Origin: a virus
Lineage: Duplodnaviria; Caudoviricetes
DNA: 56,044 bases
Strand: one strand, 5' to 3'
IMG/VR virus record: IMGVR_UViG_3300011114_001021
Span: 1 to 56,044 of that record
Shown: positions 1 through 9,222 of the stretch, in pieces
How the letters are laid out: every line of letters starts with the position of its first letter
Numbering within the stretch: position 1 is the stretch's first letter
Notes under the pieces: model-generated
Databases searched by the model: none
Seen by the model: only the letters and a program-made list of their open reading frames with translations
Told to the model about the DNA's origin: nothing
Position numbers and translations under genes: made by a program

Positions 1-208
1 AGCCAGAGCCATAGCCATCGCCATAGCCATAGCCATCGCCATCGCCATAGCCATAGTCAGAGCCATAGCCATAGCCATCGCCATTGCCATTGCCATAGCC
101 ATAGCCATAGCCATTGCCATTGCCATAGCCATTGCCATAGCCATTGCCATAGCCATTGCCATCGCTATGCGAGTTCTGAGAATCTTCGAAGTTGATTGCT
201 ATTTTCAT
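1..208 (-). CDS. Gly-Tyr/Asp/Asn repeat protein with 'FEDSQNSHSDG' leader (runs off window)
   Basis: Manual translation from ATG at 208: MKIAINFEDSQNSHSDGNGYGNGYGNGYGNGNGYGYG...; hexamer repeats GGCTAT/GGCAAT/GGCGAT; not in the ORF track. Confidence 0.75.
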   Translation of the reverse strand, partial: MKIAINFEDSQNSHSDGNGYGNGYGNGYGNGNGYGYGYGNGNGDGYGYGSDYGYGDGDGYGYGDGYGSG

Positions 209-251
209 TGCAATGTCGATGTTTTTATCAATAAAAACTGTGTGAATCAAA

Positions 252-273
252 TGGGGGAGGTGCGCCTCCCCCA
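252..273. terminator. GC-rich hairpin between DUF6948-like gene and Gly-repeat gene
   Basis: tgggggagg-tgcg-cctccccca inverted repeat; only a weak U-tract. Confidence 0.4.
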
Positions 274-289
274 CTGGAAACTGCGTGGC

Positions 290-676
290 TTACATCAATG
301 CATTAACCCACTTGGCTGAATTGCAAGTGATGGTATGAACCACCGTGAGCCAGTCGAACTCCACCTCACCATCGCACTTGTCGAGAACCGTAGCCTTAGT
401 CGGGCCGTTCACGAGTTCCGGAAGTCCCTTCGTAGTTCCCCACACGCGGATGTTCGAAGCGTTCGTGAGCTTGCAGCCCGTGCCGTCGTCGCGAGTGAAA
501 TAGCCGACGTAGACCCAACCACGTTGGAGGACGACGATCTTGATGTCACGCCACACCTTCTCGTCCGAGGGATTCTGCGGCTTCGAAGCTGCAGGAATCA
601 AATCCTTGCGGATGTATTTAACGCCATCTAATTCGATTTCGCTGTTCTGATTGTCCGTGCTAATGTTGTTGCTCAT
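290..676 (-). CDS. DUF6948-like phage protein
   Basis: IVVLQRGWVYVG...LTNASNIRVWGTTKGLPEL..GP motif, recalled as a family often upstream of Gly-rich repeat ORFs. Confidence 0.6.
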   Translation of the reverse strand: MSNNISTDNQNSEIELDGVKYIRKDLIPAASKPQNPSDEKVWRDIKIVVLQRGWVYVGYFTRDDGTGCKLTNASNIRVWGTTKGLPELVNGPTKATVLDKCDGEVEFDWLTVVHTITCNSAKWVNALM

Positions 677-686
677 AATGTTTTTG

Positions 687-731
687 TTTTACTATCCTGT
701 TTGTTTTACTATCCTGTTTTTACTATCCTGT
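687..731 (-). repeat. 3 x ACAGGATAGTAAAA direct repeat in 5' UTR
   Basis: ttttactatcctgt at 687-700, 704-717, 718-731. Confidence 0.9.
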
Positions 732-775
732 CTGTTTACCGTTTATCTTTCACACGAAAGAAAGTGATGTCTAAA

Positions 776-1135
776 TTAAGCAATCAAATCTTTGCTGCTA
801 TGATCTGGAGCTTTAGAATTCGATTGGCAATAAGATTCCCACACCGTCAAATCCACCGCGCGCTTGCTCAAGAGCGCATATCGTTTGTGTAGACCCGCCC
901 AATAGATTTCCGTGCACTTCCTCTGCTTCGCGGTGCTATCATAGTGGTTGACGATCGTCTTCGCCGTTTTAGCGAGCCAGAGCAAAACTTTTGCTTCATT
1001 CATCGAAGGAATTCGAGACGTAATTTTCTCGAGAGGCCGCGGCGTCGAGGTTGTCGTCGAGGTTGTCGAGGTTGTCGAGGTCGCAATTTTCACCGGCTTG
1101 ACGGTCACAGGCTTAGCATGTTCTATTGTTTTCAT
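776..1135 (-). CDS. hypothetical protein with Thr/Ser tract
   Basis: 119 aa ORF, ATG start; 9-bp repeat at about 1043-1083 encodes STT repeats. Confidence 0.6.
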   Translation of the reverse strand: MKTIEHAKPVTVKPVKIATSTTSTTSTTTSTPRPLEKITSRIPSMNEAKVLLWLAKTAKTIVNHYDSTAKQRKCTEIYWAGLHKRYALLSKRAVDLTVWESYCQSNSKAPDHSSKDLIA

Positions 1136-1355
1136 ATTTGTATTCCGCGTTTTTCAATGGTGTTCAATTCACCGTGAACTCACACCAACGTGCCCCTTTT
1201 CATTGGCCACGTCTTTCTTTTGAAATTATTCTACAGAATCGTCGAGCAGCTCGTCGATCTCTTTAGGATGTTGATAATTCAATTTCATGTCATCTTCGAA
1301 TCCACTCGGACATGCAAAGCCAGTTTCAATTAGAAATTTGATATATTGTAAAAAT

Positions 1356-1691
1356 TTATTCATAGATGGTGTTTGAAATTAGATGACCACGTTGAGATTG
1401 GCTGTCCGAACGAGTGAACCTGAAACCGAGTCCCGATTCCATTGTGCTACGCGCGTGGCGCATTGAAACAGAATCGCCGTGCTTTTTTCGAAAATGTCGA
1501 TTGGAACCATCACATCGGAAATTGGAATGTCCCGGGGCAGGATGCATCAGCTTGAGCCGAACCTCGTCTTTGAAATATACGACTTCGAGGATTCCGGGCT
1601 GAGAAGCTCGGCCGAATTTTTTTCCACAGACTTGAGGAACCTCGTAATGTTCCACTTTCTCCGCGTACGTTGATATGTTTTTCTGTTTCAT
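1356..1691 (-). CDS. hypothetical early protein, paralog of 41224..41538
   Basis: Directly behind early promoter cassette; shares MKQ...F..AS.PGIL.VVY with the 41224 ORF. Confidence 0.7.
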   Translation of the reverse strand: MKQKNISTYAEKVEHYEVPQVCGKKFGRASQPGILEVVYFKDEVRLKLMHPAPGHSNFRCDGSNRHFRKKHGDSVSMRHARSTMESGLGFRFTRSDSQSQRGHLISNTIYE

Positions 1692-1775
1692 TCTGGTATA
1701 ATACTACCATGAAACAGGTGAATGTAAATAAAAAAATGAAAGTATTTTCAGGGCTGAATATCAGGCACTTGCAAC
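1684..1775 (-). promoter_or_regulatory. early promoter cassette (TTTAC-17-TAGTAT, extended -10, A/T UP tract, IHF-like box)
   Basis: Near-identical to 41531-41612 and similar to 5675-5748; fits the T4-type early promoter pattern GTTTAC-17-TAnnnT. Confidence 0.75.
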
Positions 1776-1802
1776 TGCATGCAAGTCAGCAACCTTCGAC
1801 AA

Positions 1803-2444
1803 TCAGATGCTAATAGCATCTTCGGCTCGAGCCAATTTTCTATCTCGAATCGATTGACGATTGTCGAGGCGCGCCGTGCATTGATCGGCCGACATCCAAA
1901 GATCCTGCCCTTTGAGGATAGATGTGATTTCTTCGGAGGAGAGGAAATCGCGATAGGCATCTTTGAAAAGTGTTTCAGCCCACTTCGATTCAAAGGTGAG
2001 TTGGTCCATCATTTCACCACCCTTTCCAAATGTGCCACCGGAATAGTTGTGAATCATCAGAGATGCATGGGGGGAAAGCTTGTACATATCACACGCCAGA
2101 AAAATTAGTGTTGCGGCAGAAAAACATGCGCCTTCCACAGATCCGACAATCGTGCCTTCACATTCCGAAAAAGCTTGAAGAAATTGAATGGCCGTAAAAA
2201 GATCGCCTCCCATGGAATTGAAGTGAAAATGAAGGATGTCATCGGCAGTGCAATTTCGAATCATGTCAAACCATGTGGCATATTTTTCAGAACGTTCGAT
2301 TTCATCGCAGATGTAGAGGTGAATAACGCGGCCGCGATTGCGATCATCAAACACCAAATCAGATTTGTCTGTCCTTTTGTTTGAAAGAATATCAGCTATA
2401 TCTATTTCAAAATTAGAATTTGAGTGTTTTTTCATAGTCTTCAA
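1803..2444 (-). CDS. ClpP-like protease
   Basis: NSMGGD, GACFSAATLI, MIHNYSGG motifs of the ClpP family. Confidence 0.85.
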   Translation of the reverse strand: MKTMKKHSNSNFEIDIADILSNKRTDKSDLVFDDRNRGRVIHLYICDEIERSEKYATWFDMIRNCTADDILHFHFNSMGGDLFTAIQFLQAFSECEGTIVGSVEGACFSAATLIFLACDMYKLSPHASLMIHNYSGGTFGKGGEMMDQLTFESKWAETLFKDAYRDFLSSEEITSILKGQDLWMSADQCTARLDNRQSIRDRKLARAEDAISI

Positions 2445-3153
2445 TGATTGCTAAAAGTGATGGAACCCAACGATCCCTGTCTTCAATAAAAATTAGTGGT
2501 TTTTTCTCGCCTACAACCGTCATGAGTGTCACGAGCTTAGTGATTGGAATTTTAGTTCTCTCCTCGAACATGATTGCATATGCACATTCCTGAATGTAAT
2601 AATCCTTGATATCTTTAGCCGTCTTTACACGCGAAGATGTTTTAAAGTCGATGATTGCAAGCTTGCCATCATATTCAGCAATTAAATCCACGCGGCCGGC
2701 AACTCTCAGATGTTCCGAGAATAGCGGTTTTTCCTGCATGCGAATTTGATCGACATGGAGATTCAATGTTTCTTCGAGCGCTCCAAACATTGCGATCGAA
2801 TCTGGCATGTCAGTATTCTCGAAAATAACATTCTCGTTTTCTATGTATCGTTGAACGATTGAATGGAGAGATTCACCTCTATTACACGCAATCGTAGAAA
2901 TTCTCTTGGCTTCAGTCTCTCCAACGAATTTCTTCCAAGCTTCAAGACCCGGTTTTTTGCGATGACCCAAGACTGTCGTGATAGATGGAAAGGTTTGAAA
3001 TTTCAAACCAGTAGTTGGAATGACGTACTGTCTTCGGCCACCTACTTCAAGAGTTTCCAGATCATCATATCCGAGATTAAGTGGAACGTGCTTAAATGTT
3101 TTTTTCCTCTCGAATTGAAGGAGATTGGATTTAAAGCTCACAATTTTAATCAA
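2413..3153 (-). CDS. PD-(D/E)XK exonuclease (Cas4/RecB-like)
   Basis: PSITTVL, RG..H, AGRVDL, IIDFKTS, Q..AYA motifs. Confidence 0.85.
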   Translation of the reverse strand: MIKIVSFKSNLLQFERKKTFKHVPLNLGYDDLETLEVGGRRQYVIPTTGLKFQTFPSITTVLGHRKKPGLEAWKKFVGETEAKRISTIACNRGESLHSIVQRYIENENVIFENTDMPDSIAMFGALEETLNLHVDQIRMQEKPLFSEHLRVAGRVDLIAEYDGKLAIIDFKTSSRVKTAKDIKDYYIQECAYAIMFEERTKIPITKLVTLMTVVGEKKPLIFIEDRDRWVPSLLAIIEDYEKTLKF

Positions 3154-3407
3154 TAATGATCGACCATAGAATTCTTTCCAGCATACCGATCGATTTTCTT
3201 GAGGACATCATTCCAACCATTTCCAGCGCGGCGAATGGTAGTCTTACTGCCTTCGTAGGAAATTGAAGGAGATTGAATTATGCGTTCAATTTTTCCAATT
3301 GCATTGCAAAGAGGGCACGGTTTTTGCTTTGCCGTATCGCGTTGCACGATAATGACATTCAGTTCAAACGATTTATTACACGCACCGCATTCATAATGAT
3401 ATGTCAT
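3150..3407 (-). CDS. FmdB-like zinc ribbon protein
   Basis: YHYECGAC...PCPLC, GWNDVLKKI. Confidence 0.75.
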   Translation of the reverse strand: MTYHYECGACNKSFELNVIIVQRDTAKQKPCPLCNAIGKIERIIQSPSISYEGSKTTIRRAGNGWNDVLKKIDRYAGKNSMVDHY

Positions 3408-3425
3408 AATATTGTTCTATCGCCC

Positions 3426-3641
3426 CTAGACCCTTTTAAAATTCTGAAGAAATTCTTCTTTCGACGAAAGCCATGAGAATGAATCGTCGACTTGAGTAAA
3501 GACATTGATTGCAGTCGATGCAACGAGCTCGTCTGGTTGTTCGCGGATATCGATGAGTGCAAATTTTCGACCACGAGCTTCAATAGGAGCTTGCCCCATG
3601 TATTGCCACGCCGAATTCAATTTGAGAGGCGAATTGTTCAT
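3426..3641 (-). CDS. hypothetical protein
   Basis: 71 aa ORF packed in the minus-strand gene run. Confidence 0.6.
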   Translation of the reverse strand: MNNSPLKLNSAWQYMGQAPIEARGRKFALIDIREQPDELVASTAINVFTQVDDSFSWLSSKEEFLQNFKRV

Positions 3642-3643
3642 CG

Positions 3644-4081
3644 TTATACAATGCCTGGAATAGCTTCACGCACCATCGAAAGATTGAGAGCGGGCCACTT
3701 TTCCTGCAGCTTACGATCTTTAGCTAGGATTAGAACCTCAGCTTCACGCTCGTTAAGCGATTCTAAAATGCCTATGAAACGCTGATTTTTTTCGGATGGT
3801 GTGATTTTCTTATTTCGCACATCCAGCTCTAGAAGTTCTGGAATTATATTTCGAGTCCTGGACATCGACATGTCGGGATCGCCATTATCCCGATGAAATT
3901 TAGGAATTCCTGCAGGAAGCTCCAATTTTGCATCGGGTCGATAATTGATTTGAAGAATACTGTTCAATTCAAAACATCTAAATTGAGCCAGTTTAATTTT
4001 CCTACTTTGATAGTTAGGTTCACGCATCGCGCGATCTAGCATTTCAAATACGAGAGTGGGTTTCTGTTGAGTTGCATTCAT
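3644..4081 (-). CDS. conserved T4-like hypothetical protein (DUF6433-like)
   Basis: LPAG.P...FIGILESL..REAEVLILAKD motif. Confidence 0.65.
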   Translation of the reverse strand: MNATQQKPTLVFEMLDRAMREPNYQSRKIKLAQFRCFELNSILQINYRPDAKLELPAGIPKFHRDNGDPDMSMSRTRNIIPELLELDVRNKKITPSEKNQRFIGILESLNEREAEVLILAKDRKLQEKWPALNLSMVREAIPGIV

Positions 4082-4096
4082 ATTATATCTTATCTA

Positions 4097-4798
4097 TTAG
4101 ACTTTAACGATTCCGCTTTTAACCGCTTCGGCAGCTTGCGAAAGATTGTAATTGTAGTTGAAAATTCCGATATGTGAGATTTGACGTGAAAGCTCATGAT
4201 CACACCACACATCGATGCCATGGGCTCGGGCTTTGGCACAGAAGTAATAATCTTCGCCGACTTCAGAATTATGATCAGCCGAATATTCGAAAATGTAATG
4301 AGGAGCGGGAAGACGCTCGTAGACGGAACGATGAACAAGCATCATGCCATGGGGAAGACAATCGACCTTTTCGAGGGGAGGAGAATCGTCTGTCGTTTCA
4401 AATATGGTAGTCTGGCCAGGTTTTCCATTCATGGCCGTAAAATGCGGATTTGGAAAATATCGTTTTCGATAGTTCGCACCTACAAGTGGGACGCCACGAT
4501 TTAGAAGGCGAAGACAGGCATCTGGAGGAAACGCCATGTCCGAATCAATCCACCACGCATAATCACAATTCGATTTTAGAAAGTGCCCGACTAAGTTGCG
4601 TCGAGCGATTGTGATGACAGAAGATGTTTCAAACGTTGAAGCAACGCCGATACCATTGGCAACTAGCGATGCCGATCCCATCGCTAGGTAGTAGGCGAAT
4701 TGCGAATGAACATAATCGCCCGATGGAACGAGAGTCATGACCGAAATAGGTTTACGCGGCTCTTGTGGTGCAGGATTTCCAGATGTGTGTGATGGCAT
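4097..4798 (-). CDS. GT-A fold glycosyltransferase-like protein
   Basis: ARRNLV..FL, WIDSDM.F, GMML, GEDYYFC motifs. Confidence 0.7.
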   Translation of the reverse strand: MPSHTSGNPAPQEPRKPISVMTLVPSGDYVHSQFAYYLAMGSASLVANGIGVASTFETSSVITIARRNLVGHFLKSNCDYAWWIDSDMAFPPDACLRLLNRGVPLVGANYRKRYFPNPHFTAMNGKPGQTTIFETTDDSPPLEKVDCLPHGMMLVHRSVYERLPAPHYIFEYSADHNSEVGEDYYFCAKARAHGIDVWCDHELSRQISHIGIFNYNYNLSQAAEAVKSGIVKV

Positions 4799-4816
4799 AA
4801 TTGAAGTTATGGTTTT

Positions 4817-5071
4817 CTAACAGAGTGCTTGATGCTTGGCAGATGAGCGTTCTAGATCGCAATATTTGCCAAAATGTTTATTGAAGACTTCAATCAAATT
4901 TTCATAATCTGAAAGTGTCATTTCCTTTTGAATATCCTGATAATTTAACTTGAGTTGAGAGGATAAATTTTTAGCATATCCCAAGAGAGCATATGCATTT
5001 CCACTTGGCCCATCGATATCGATGACTAAGCGCGGCTTTGGGGCACGATGATCTTTAATTAAAATAGCCAT
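4817..5071 (-). CDS. conserved hypothetical phage protein
   Basis: IDIDGPSGNAYALLG motif. Confidence 0.65.
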   Translation of the reverse strand: MAILIKDHRAPKPRLVIDIDGPSGNAYALLGYAKNLSSQLKLNYQDIQKEMTLSDYENLIEVFNKHFGKYCDLERSSAKHQALC

Positions 5072-5085
5072 AGCTGTTCTTCAAA

Positions 5086-5433
5086 CTATTTGAAATAGGC
5101 GATGTAGAGACGCTTGCCTATCACGGCTGTCATATACTGTTCACATAGAGAAGTTGTCTGAGGTTCCGACATATATGATCTGTTAATCTTACCGACGATG
5201 CGCTTGACGGTCAAATCGGATATGTCGCTATCCTGCATATATCCTCGGGCTCCTCCGCGAGCTCGGTATTTCGAAGCATAGCTATGTTTTCCCGAGCATC
5301 CACAGCAACACGCGCCAGTCTTACCAGAATAGACTGAAATGACATCGTCGACGTCGACAACAGGAACATCAGTCCACGTTTCTCTCATAGGCTTCTCAGA
5401 CTTTTTCTTCAAGGTTTTTGGGATTTTTTTCAT
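5086..5433 (-). CDS. hypothetical protein (Cys cluster CCCGCSG)
   Basis: 115 aa ORF, ATG start. Confidence 0.65.
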   Translation of the reverse strand: MKKIPKTLKKKSEKPMRETWTDVPVVDVDDVISVYSGKTGACCCGCSGKHSYASKYRARGGARGYMQDSDISDLTVKRIVGKINRSYMSEPQTTSLCEQYMTAVIGKRLYIAYFK

Positions 5434-5451
5434 AATATAGTGGTGTAGAAT

Positions 5452-5643
5452 TTAGTGATGATTGAATCGATGGGGCTCGCACCTACGAAATATCGGCGAT
5501 TGATATATGTATACGGGCGACGGAGCATACCAAATTTGAGATGTTGGATAGGTATAAACTGAGCTCGTTTCAACGAAGCCGTATCCACCCACGCATCCCG
5601 AACACACAATTGCGCCGGCGATTATAGAAATTAGATTTTTCAT
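5452..5643 (-). CDS. small putative lipoprotein
   Basis: MKNLISIIAGAIVCSGC: signal peptide and lipobox-like Cys. Confidence 0.5.
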   Translation of the reverse strand: MKNLISIIAGAIVCSGCVGGYGFVETSSVYTYPTSQIWYAPSPVYIYQSPIFRRCEPHRFNHH

Positions 5644-5674
5644 TTGTTTTTAATGTCTTATTCGATTACGATAT

Positions 5675-5748
5675 CAGTATACCAAGAATTTTGAGGATGT
5701 AAATAAAAAAGTGAAAGTATTTTCAAGGCTTAATATCAAGCACTTGCA
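5675..5748 (-). promoter_or_regulatory. early promoter cassette with exact IHF consensus
   Basis: Minus strand TTTAC...TGGTATACT; plus strand TATCAAGCACTTG matches WATCAANNNNTTR. Confidence 0.7.
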
Positions 5749-6188
5749 TGAAGAGCTGCCAGATGTGCTCTTCGAACTCGAGCCGACACCCATTCGTTGT
5801 AGAATTCTGAAGGCTTCAAGAGACAATGACGAGAGAAGATTTCATATGTTTCCCAATACGAACAATGAGCTTTCATTGCACAGACGTGAAGAATTTCCCT
5901 TGAAAATGCATCGGCGCCATGGACATCAACATCTTTCTGTACAGCATCTGATGAGCCTCGATATTCCTTCCAATTTGATTCAACTTTGAACTTCTTCCTC
6001 TTCCCCTTGACTTGCTTGGATTTCGAGGACCAAAAGCTTTTCTTTCCAACATATTTCTTTCCAGAAATTTTATTGGTAATGATGTAAACAAATCCTTGAA
6101 TATTTTTAGGATCTGCATCGGATGGAAGGAAAAACTCTTTGCCTTGATATATCCATTGAATCATGCATATACTTATCATTCTCCACAA
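5736..6188 (-). CDS. GIY-YIG family endonuclease
   Basis: GFVYIITN...KKYVGKK, Y.GSS, FSREIL, YNEW; true start probably at MIQW. Confidence 0.75.
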   Translation of the reverse strand: MWRMISICMIQWIYQGKEFFLPSDADPKNIQGFVYIITNKISGKKYVGKKSFWSSKSKQVKGKRKKFKVESNWKEYRGSSDAVQKDVDVHGADAFSREILHVCAMKAHCSYWETYEIFSRHCLLKPSEFYNEWVSARVRRAHLAALHASA

Positions 6189-6358
6189 TCTTCATCGGCC
6201 GTAGATCCACAGAACGGACAGAGATTTGGAAAATGTTCATCCTCATCGATATCGGTTTCGAAATCTTCCTGAGGATCATATTCCCGAGTCTGGGAAATTT
6301 CTGTCCATCTAATGCGATATGAAATATTGCAACCCGAACAATAAAAAGAAGCTTTCAT
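6176..6358 (-). CDS. small CxxC...CPFC zinc-ribbon protein
   Basis: CSGC and CPFC motifs, directly downstream of nrdA. Confidence 0.6.
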   Translation of the reverse strand: MKASFYCSGCNISYRIRWTEISQTREYDPQEDFETDIDEDEHFPNLCPFCGSTADEDCGE

Positions 6359-6364
6359 AGTTTT

Positions 6365-8017
6365 TTAGGCCTCACAGGATGCACATGTCAGGAGATTCCT
6401 GGAAAGTTCCGTCGATGGATTTGTGCCCCTCTGATAATACAATGTCTTGATCCCCTGTTCCCAAGCAAAAATTAGAAGCTGATTTACGTCTTTCACTGGC
6501 ATTTTCGGATGAATCATTAGATTGATTGACTGTGATTGATCGATGAACTTCTGTCTTCCGATGGCCTGAATTACAATTTCCCTCTGGGAGATCTCACCGA
6601 AGGTCTTGAACACGGCTTTTTCCTCGATCGATAGGAATTTGAGGTGCTGAACTGAGCCTCCCTTGGTTAGGATAGAAGACCACGTTTCTCTATCATTCCT
6701 CTTGTATTTATCGAGGACGTCCATTAGAAATGGATTCTTGAATGTAAATTTGCCCTTGGCCAGATCTTTGACGAAGTAATTTGAATTGAGAGGCTCGACG
6801 GATGGTGAAACCTGGCCAAGGATGAAGGAAGAGGAAGTTGTCGGTGCAATGGCCATCAGTGTCACATTCCTCCTTCCAATTCCCTTGAGCAGAGGTGGTT
6901 CGCCGAACATCACGGCCAGTTTTTTCGAAGCTTCCAAAGCTTTCTTCGAAATGTTTGAATGGATAGTTGTATTAAGCAACTTAGCTTCCATCGATTCAAA
7001 GGGTATCATTTTCGATTGAAGAAATGAATGCCACCCTAGGACACCGATTCCAATGGCTCTTTGATTGATGGCGAAATTGCGAGCCGGAGTCATGAAAGGA
7101 ATATGTTCCGTTTTATCGATAAACTCCGTCATGACAGCATCGAGAAACATGACTAGTATTTCAACAGCGTCGGTATTCACCCAGTTCTCATAGGTGAGCA
7201 GATTCATGGAGGATAGATTACATACGAAGGATTCGTCCGGAGCTGAGGAGAGGGCGATCTCACTGCAAAGATTAGATGCGTGGATAGACTTTCCATTCTT
7301 CTTATACACCTCCGGAGCTCCTCGATTGACCGTATCGGTAAAGAAGAGGTAAGGATATCCACTTTCGAAACGTTTCTGAATGATTTTCCCCCAGACCTTG
7401 CGCTTCTCTTTATCTCCTCCAATCATGGATTTCATCCACTTGTCGGTAATTGTAACCCCCATCGAAAGATGTTGAATAGGATATCCATCATCTCGAATCT
7501 GAAGGAATTCGAGAATGTCTGGATGTTCAATGGGAAGGTAAGCGGCAAAGGAACCTCTTCGAACATTTGACTGTGATACGACATTGGTCAGAGTTTCGAA
7601 GAGTTCCATGAAGTGAATTGGACCATTCGATTTTCCACCAGACTTAATTTTCCCTCCACGTTCTCGAAGAGCTCCAAAATAGGCCGATGTGCCACCTCCC
7701 ATCTTAGTCATCATTCCAACCTCGGGAAGCTTAGCCAGAATTGATTCCATCGTATCATCGATGTAGGAACCAAAGCATGATATTGGCAATCCTCGTTCTA
7801 GGCCAAAATTTGCCCAGATAGGAGAGGAAAGCGAATAGAATCCTCGAGACATGTAGTCTTCGAATTTGGCGCCAAAGCCTGGTATCTTCAGAATCTTTTC
7901 GGCCGCCATGGCAATTTCGCCAATTCGTTCTTCGGGAGTTGTGCCTTCTCGAAGGTATCCACGTTCAAGGAAAAGCCGCGCATCATCATTTAACCATTCA
8001 AAGGTTTTTTTATTCAT
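6365..8017 (-). CDS. nrdA: ribonucleotide reductase class I alpha subunit (short, no ATP cone)
   Basis: ISCF, SNLCSE, APTTSSS, KTLYY and C-terminal CASC. Confidence 0.95.
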   Translation of the reverse strand: MNKKTFEWLNDDARLFLERGYLREGTTPEERIGEIAMAAEKILKIPGFGAKFEDYMSRGFYSLSSPIWANFGLERGLPISCFGSYIDDTMESILAKLPEVGMMTKMGGGTSAYFGALRERGGKIKSGGKSNGPIHFMELFETLTNVVSQSNVRRGSFAAYLPIEHPDILEFLQIRDDGYPIQHLSMGVTITDKWMKSMIGGDKEKRKVWGKIIQKRFESGYPYLFFTDTVNRGAPEVYKKNGKSIHASNLCSEIALSSAPDESFVCNLSSMNLLTYENWVNTDAVEILVMFLDAVMTEFIDKTEHIPFMTPARNFAINQRAIGIGVLGWHSFLQSKMIPFESMEAKLLNTTIHSNISKKALEASKKLAVMFGEPPLLKGIGRRNVTLMAIAPTTSSSFILGQVSPSVEPLNSNYFVKDLAKGKFTFKNPFLMDVLDKYKRNDRETWSSILTKGGSVQHLKFLSIEEKAVFKTFGEISQREIVIQAIGRQKFIDQSQSINLMIHPKMPVKDVNQLLIFAWEQGIKTLYYQRGTNPSTELSRNLLTCASCEA

Positions 8018-8023
8018 TACGAT

Positions 8024-9004
8024 TTAATCAAATAAGTCTTCTTCTCCATATGACTTGTCATTTTTCGAATATTCGATTGGCCGCCGGGAAAAGAAATCGG
8101 TAGCCGTATTGCCGAGGACATCTTCTGAAAACCAAGTTGTCTTCTCAATCAACGATATATCTATATCTTCAAAAACCGGCTTGATGCCAATTTGAATCAG
8201 AGAATCATTCAGACGGTTCTTGATAAAATTCTTTACAATGTCAGAGGTTAAATTTTCTGACCTATAATTGTTTAACGACCAATCAATTATCTTCGCTTCG
8301 GCTTCATATGCTTCGATGCATTCCAATCGGATTTTTTCAATGAGCTCATCGTCGAAGAGTTCAGGATGTTCCACTCTAATGACATTGATCAGTTTCATTC
8401 CAGCCATGGCATGGAGAAGTTCTTCCCTCGAAGTATATGCCACTTGCTGAGCCGTATCTTTCAAGACGTTCTTAAAGCGATTGAAGTAATTGATTGTGTA
8501 GAACTGAGAGAAGAGCGACACGTTTTCGACGTAGAGGGTAAAAAGAACTAAAGAGTATACGTATTGCTTCCTGGCATCCTTGTAATGCTTCTTCAAATAC
8601 TTTCGAAGATACTTTACTCGATTCTGAATTATATCGAGTTTCAAATTCTCTTCGAAGATGTGTTCCATGTCGAGCACCTTCAAGAGCCGCTCATAGGCAT
8701 TGTTATGAATAACTTCAACGTTGGCCATCACGTAGCCCATATCGACAATCGATGGATGGGGAAGATTTTCACCAATCTTGGCCCAAAATGTTTTGACAGC
8801 AACTTCAATCTGAGCAATTGCAGAAAGAGACCGCGTAATCATTTCCCTTTCCTGATCATTTAGATTTACCTTGAAATCCTGAACGTCAGATTGAAAATTG
8901 AATTCTTTGTCGGTCCAGCATCCATTATGCATAGCATTGATGAATTCGGTTGTCCACGGATAGTGATCCGGCTTCCGATATATCTGTTCGTCGAATATTG
9001 GCAT
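8024..9004 (-). CDS. nrdB: ribonucleotide reductase class I beta subunit
   Basis: EVIHNNAY, ENVSLFSQF, EELLH, DFF...Y motifs. Confidence 0.95.
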   Translation of the reverse strand: MPIFDEQIYRKPDHYPWTTEFINAMHNGCWTDKEFNFQSDVQDFKVNLNDQEREMITRSLSAIAQIEVAVKTFWAKIGENLPHPSIVDMGYVMANVEVIHNNAYERLLKVLDMEHIFEENLKLDIIQNRVKYLRKYLKKHYKDARKQYVYSLVLFTLYVENVSLFSQFYTINYFNRFKNVLKDTAQQVAYTSREELLHAMAGMKLINVIRVEHPELFDDELIEKIRLECIEAYEAEAKIIDWSLNNYRSENLTSDIVKNFIKNRLNDSLIQIGIKPVFEDIDISLIEKTTWFSEDVLGNTATDFFSRRPIEYSKNDKSYGEEDLFD

Positions 9005-9157
9005 AAAATACTATATATCACAGATTGGAATTTTAGTGCACCTATTTTTACGTTTTATCCATCCTTCTTTTATTCTTTTACACTGTTCTTCGAAGATCAT
9101 AGAGTGATTCCATTTATACTAGAACAAGATTCTACTGTACGTGGAAGTAAAAGTAAA

Positions 9158-9191
9158 CAAAAAAAATGCAAGGAGGTTAGTCCTTGCATTT
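9158..9191 (-). terminator. intrinsic terminator
   Basis: AAATGCAAGGA-CTAACC-TCCTTGCATTT followed by T-tract on minus strand. Confidence 0.8.
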
Positions 9192-9222
9192 GAATAAGAG
9201 CATTTTATTTCAAACAACTCAT

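Noticed and set aside
1-180. Hexamer repeats as CRISPR array or DGR template/variable repeat
   Set aside because: No spacers or cas genes; no reverse transcriptase in the window; variation is not confined to adenine positions in the second copy
2413-3153. Cas4 of a CRISPR system
   Set aside because: Ordinary stand-alone phage exonuclease; no Fe-S cysteine set, array or other cas genes
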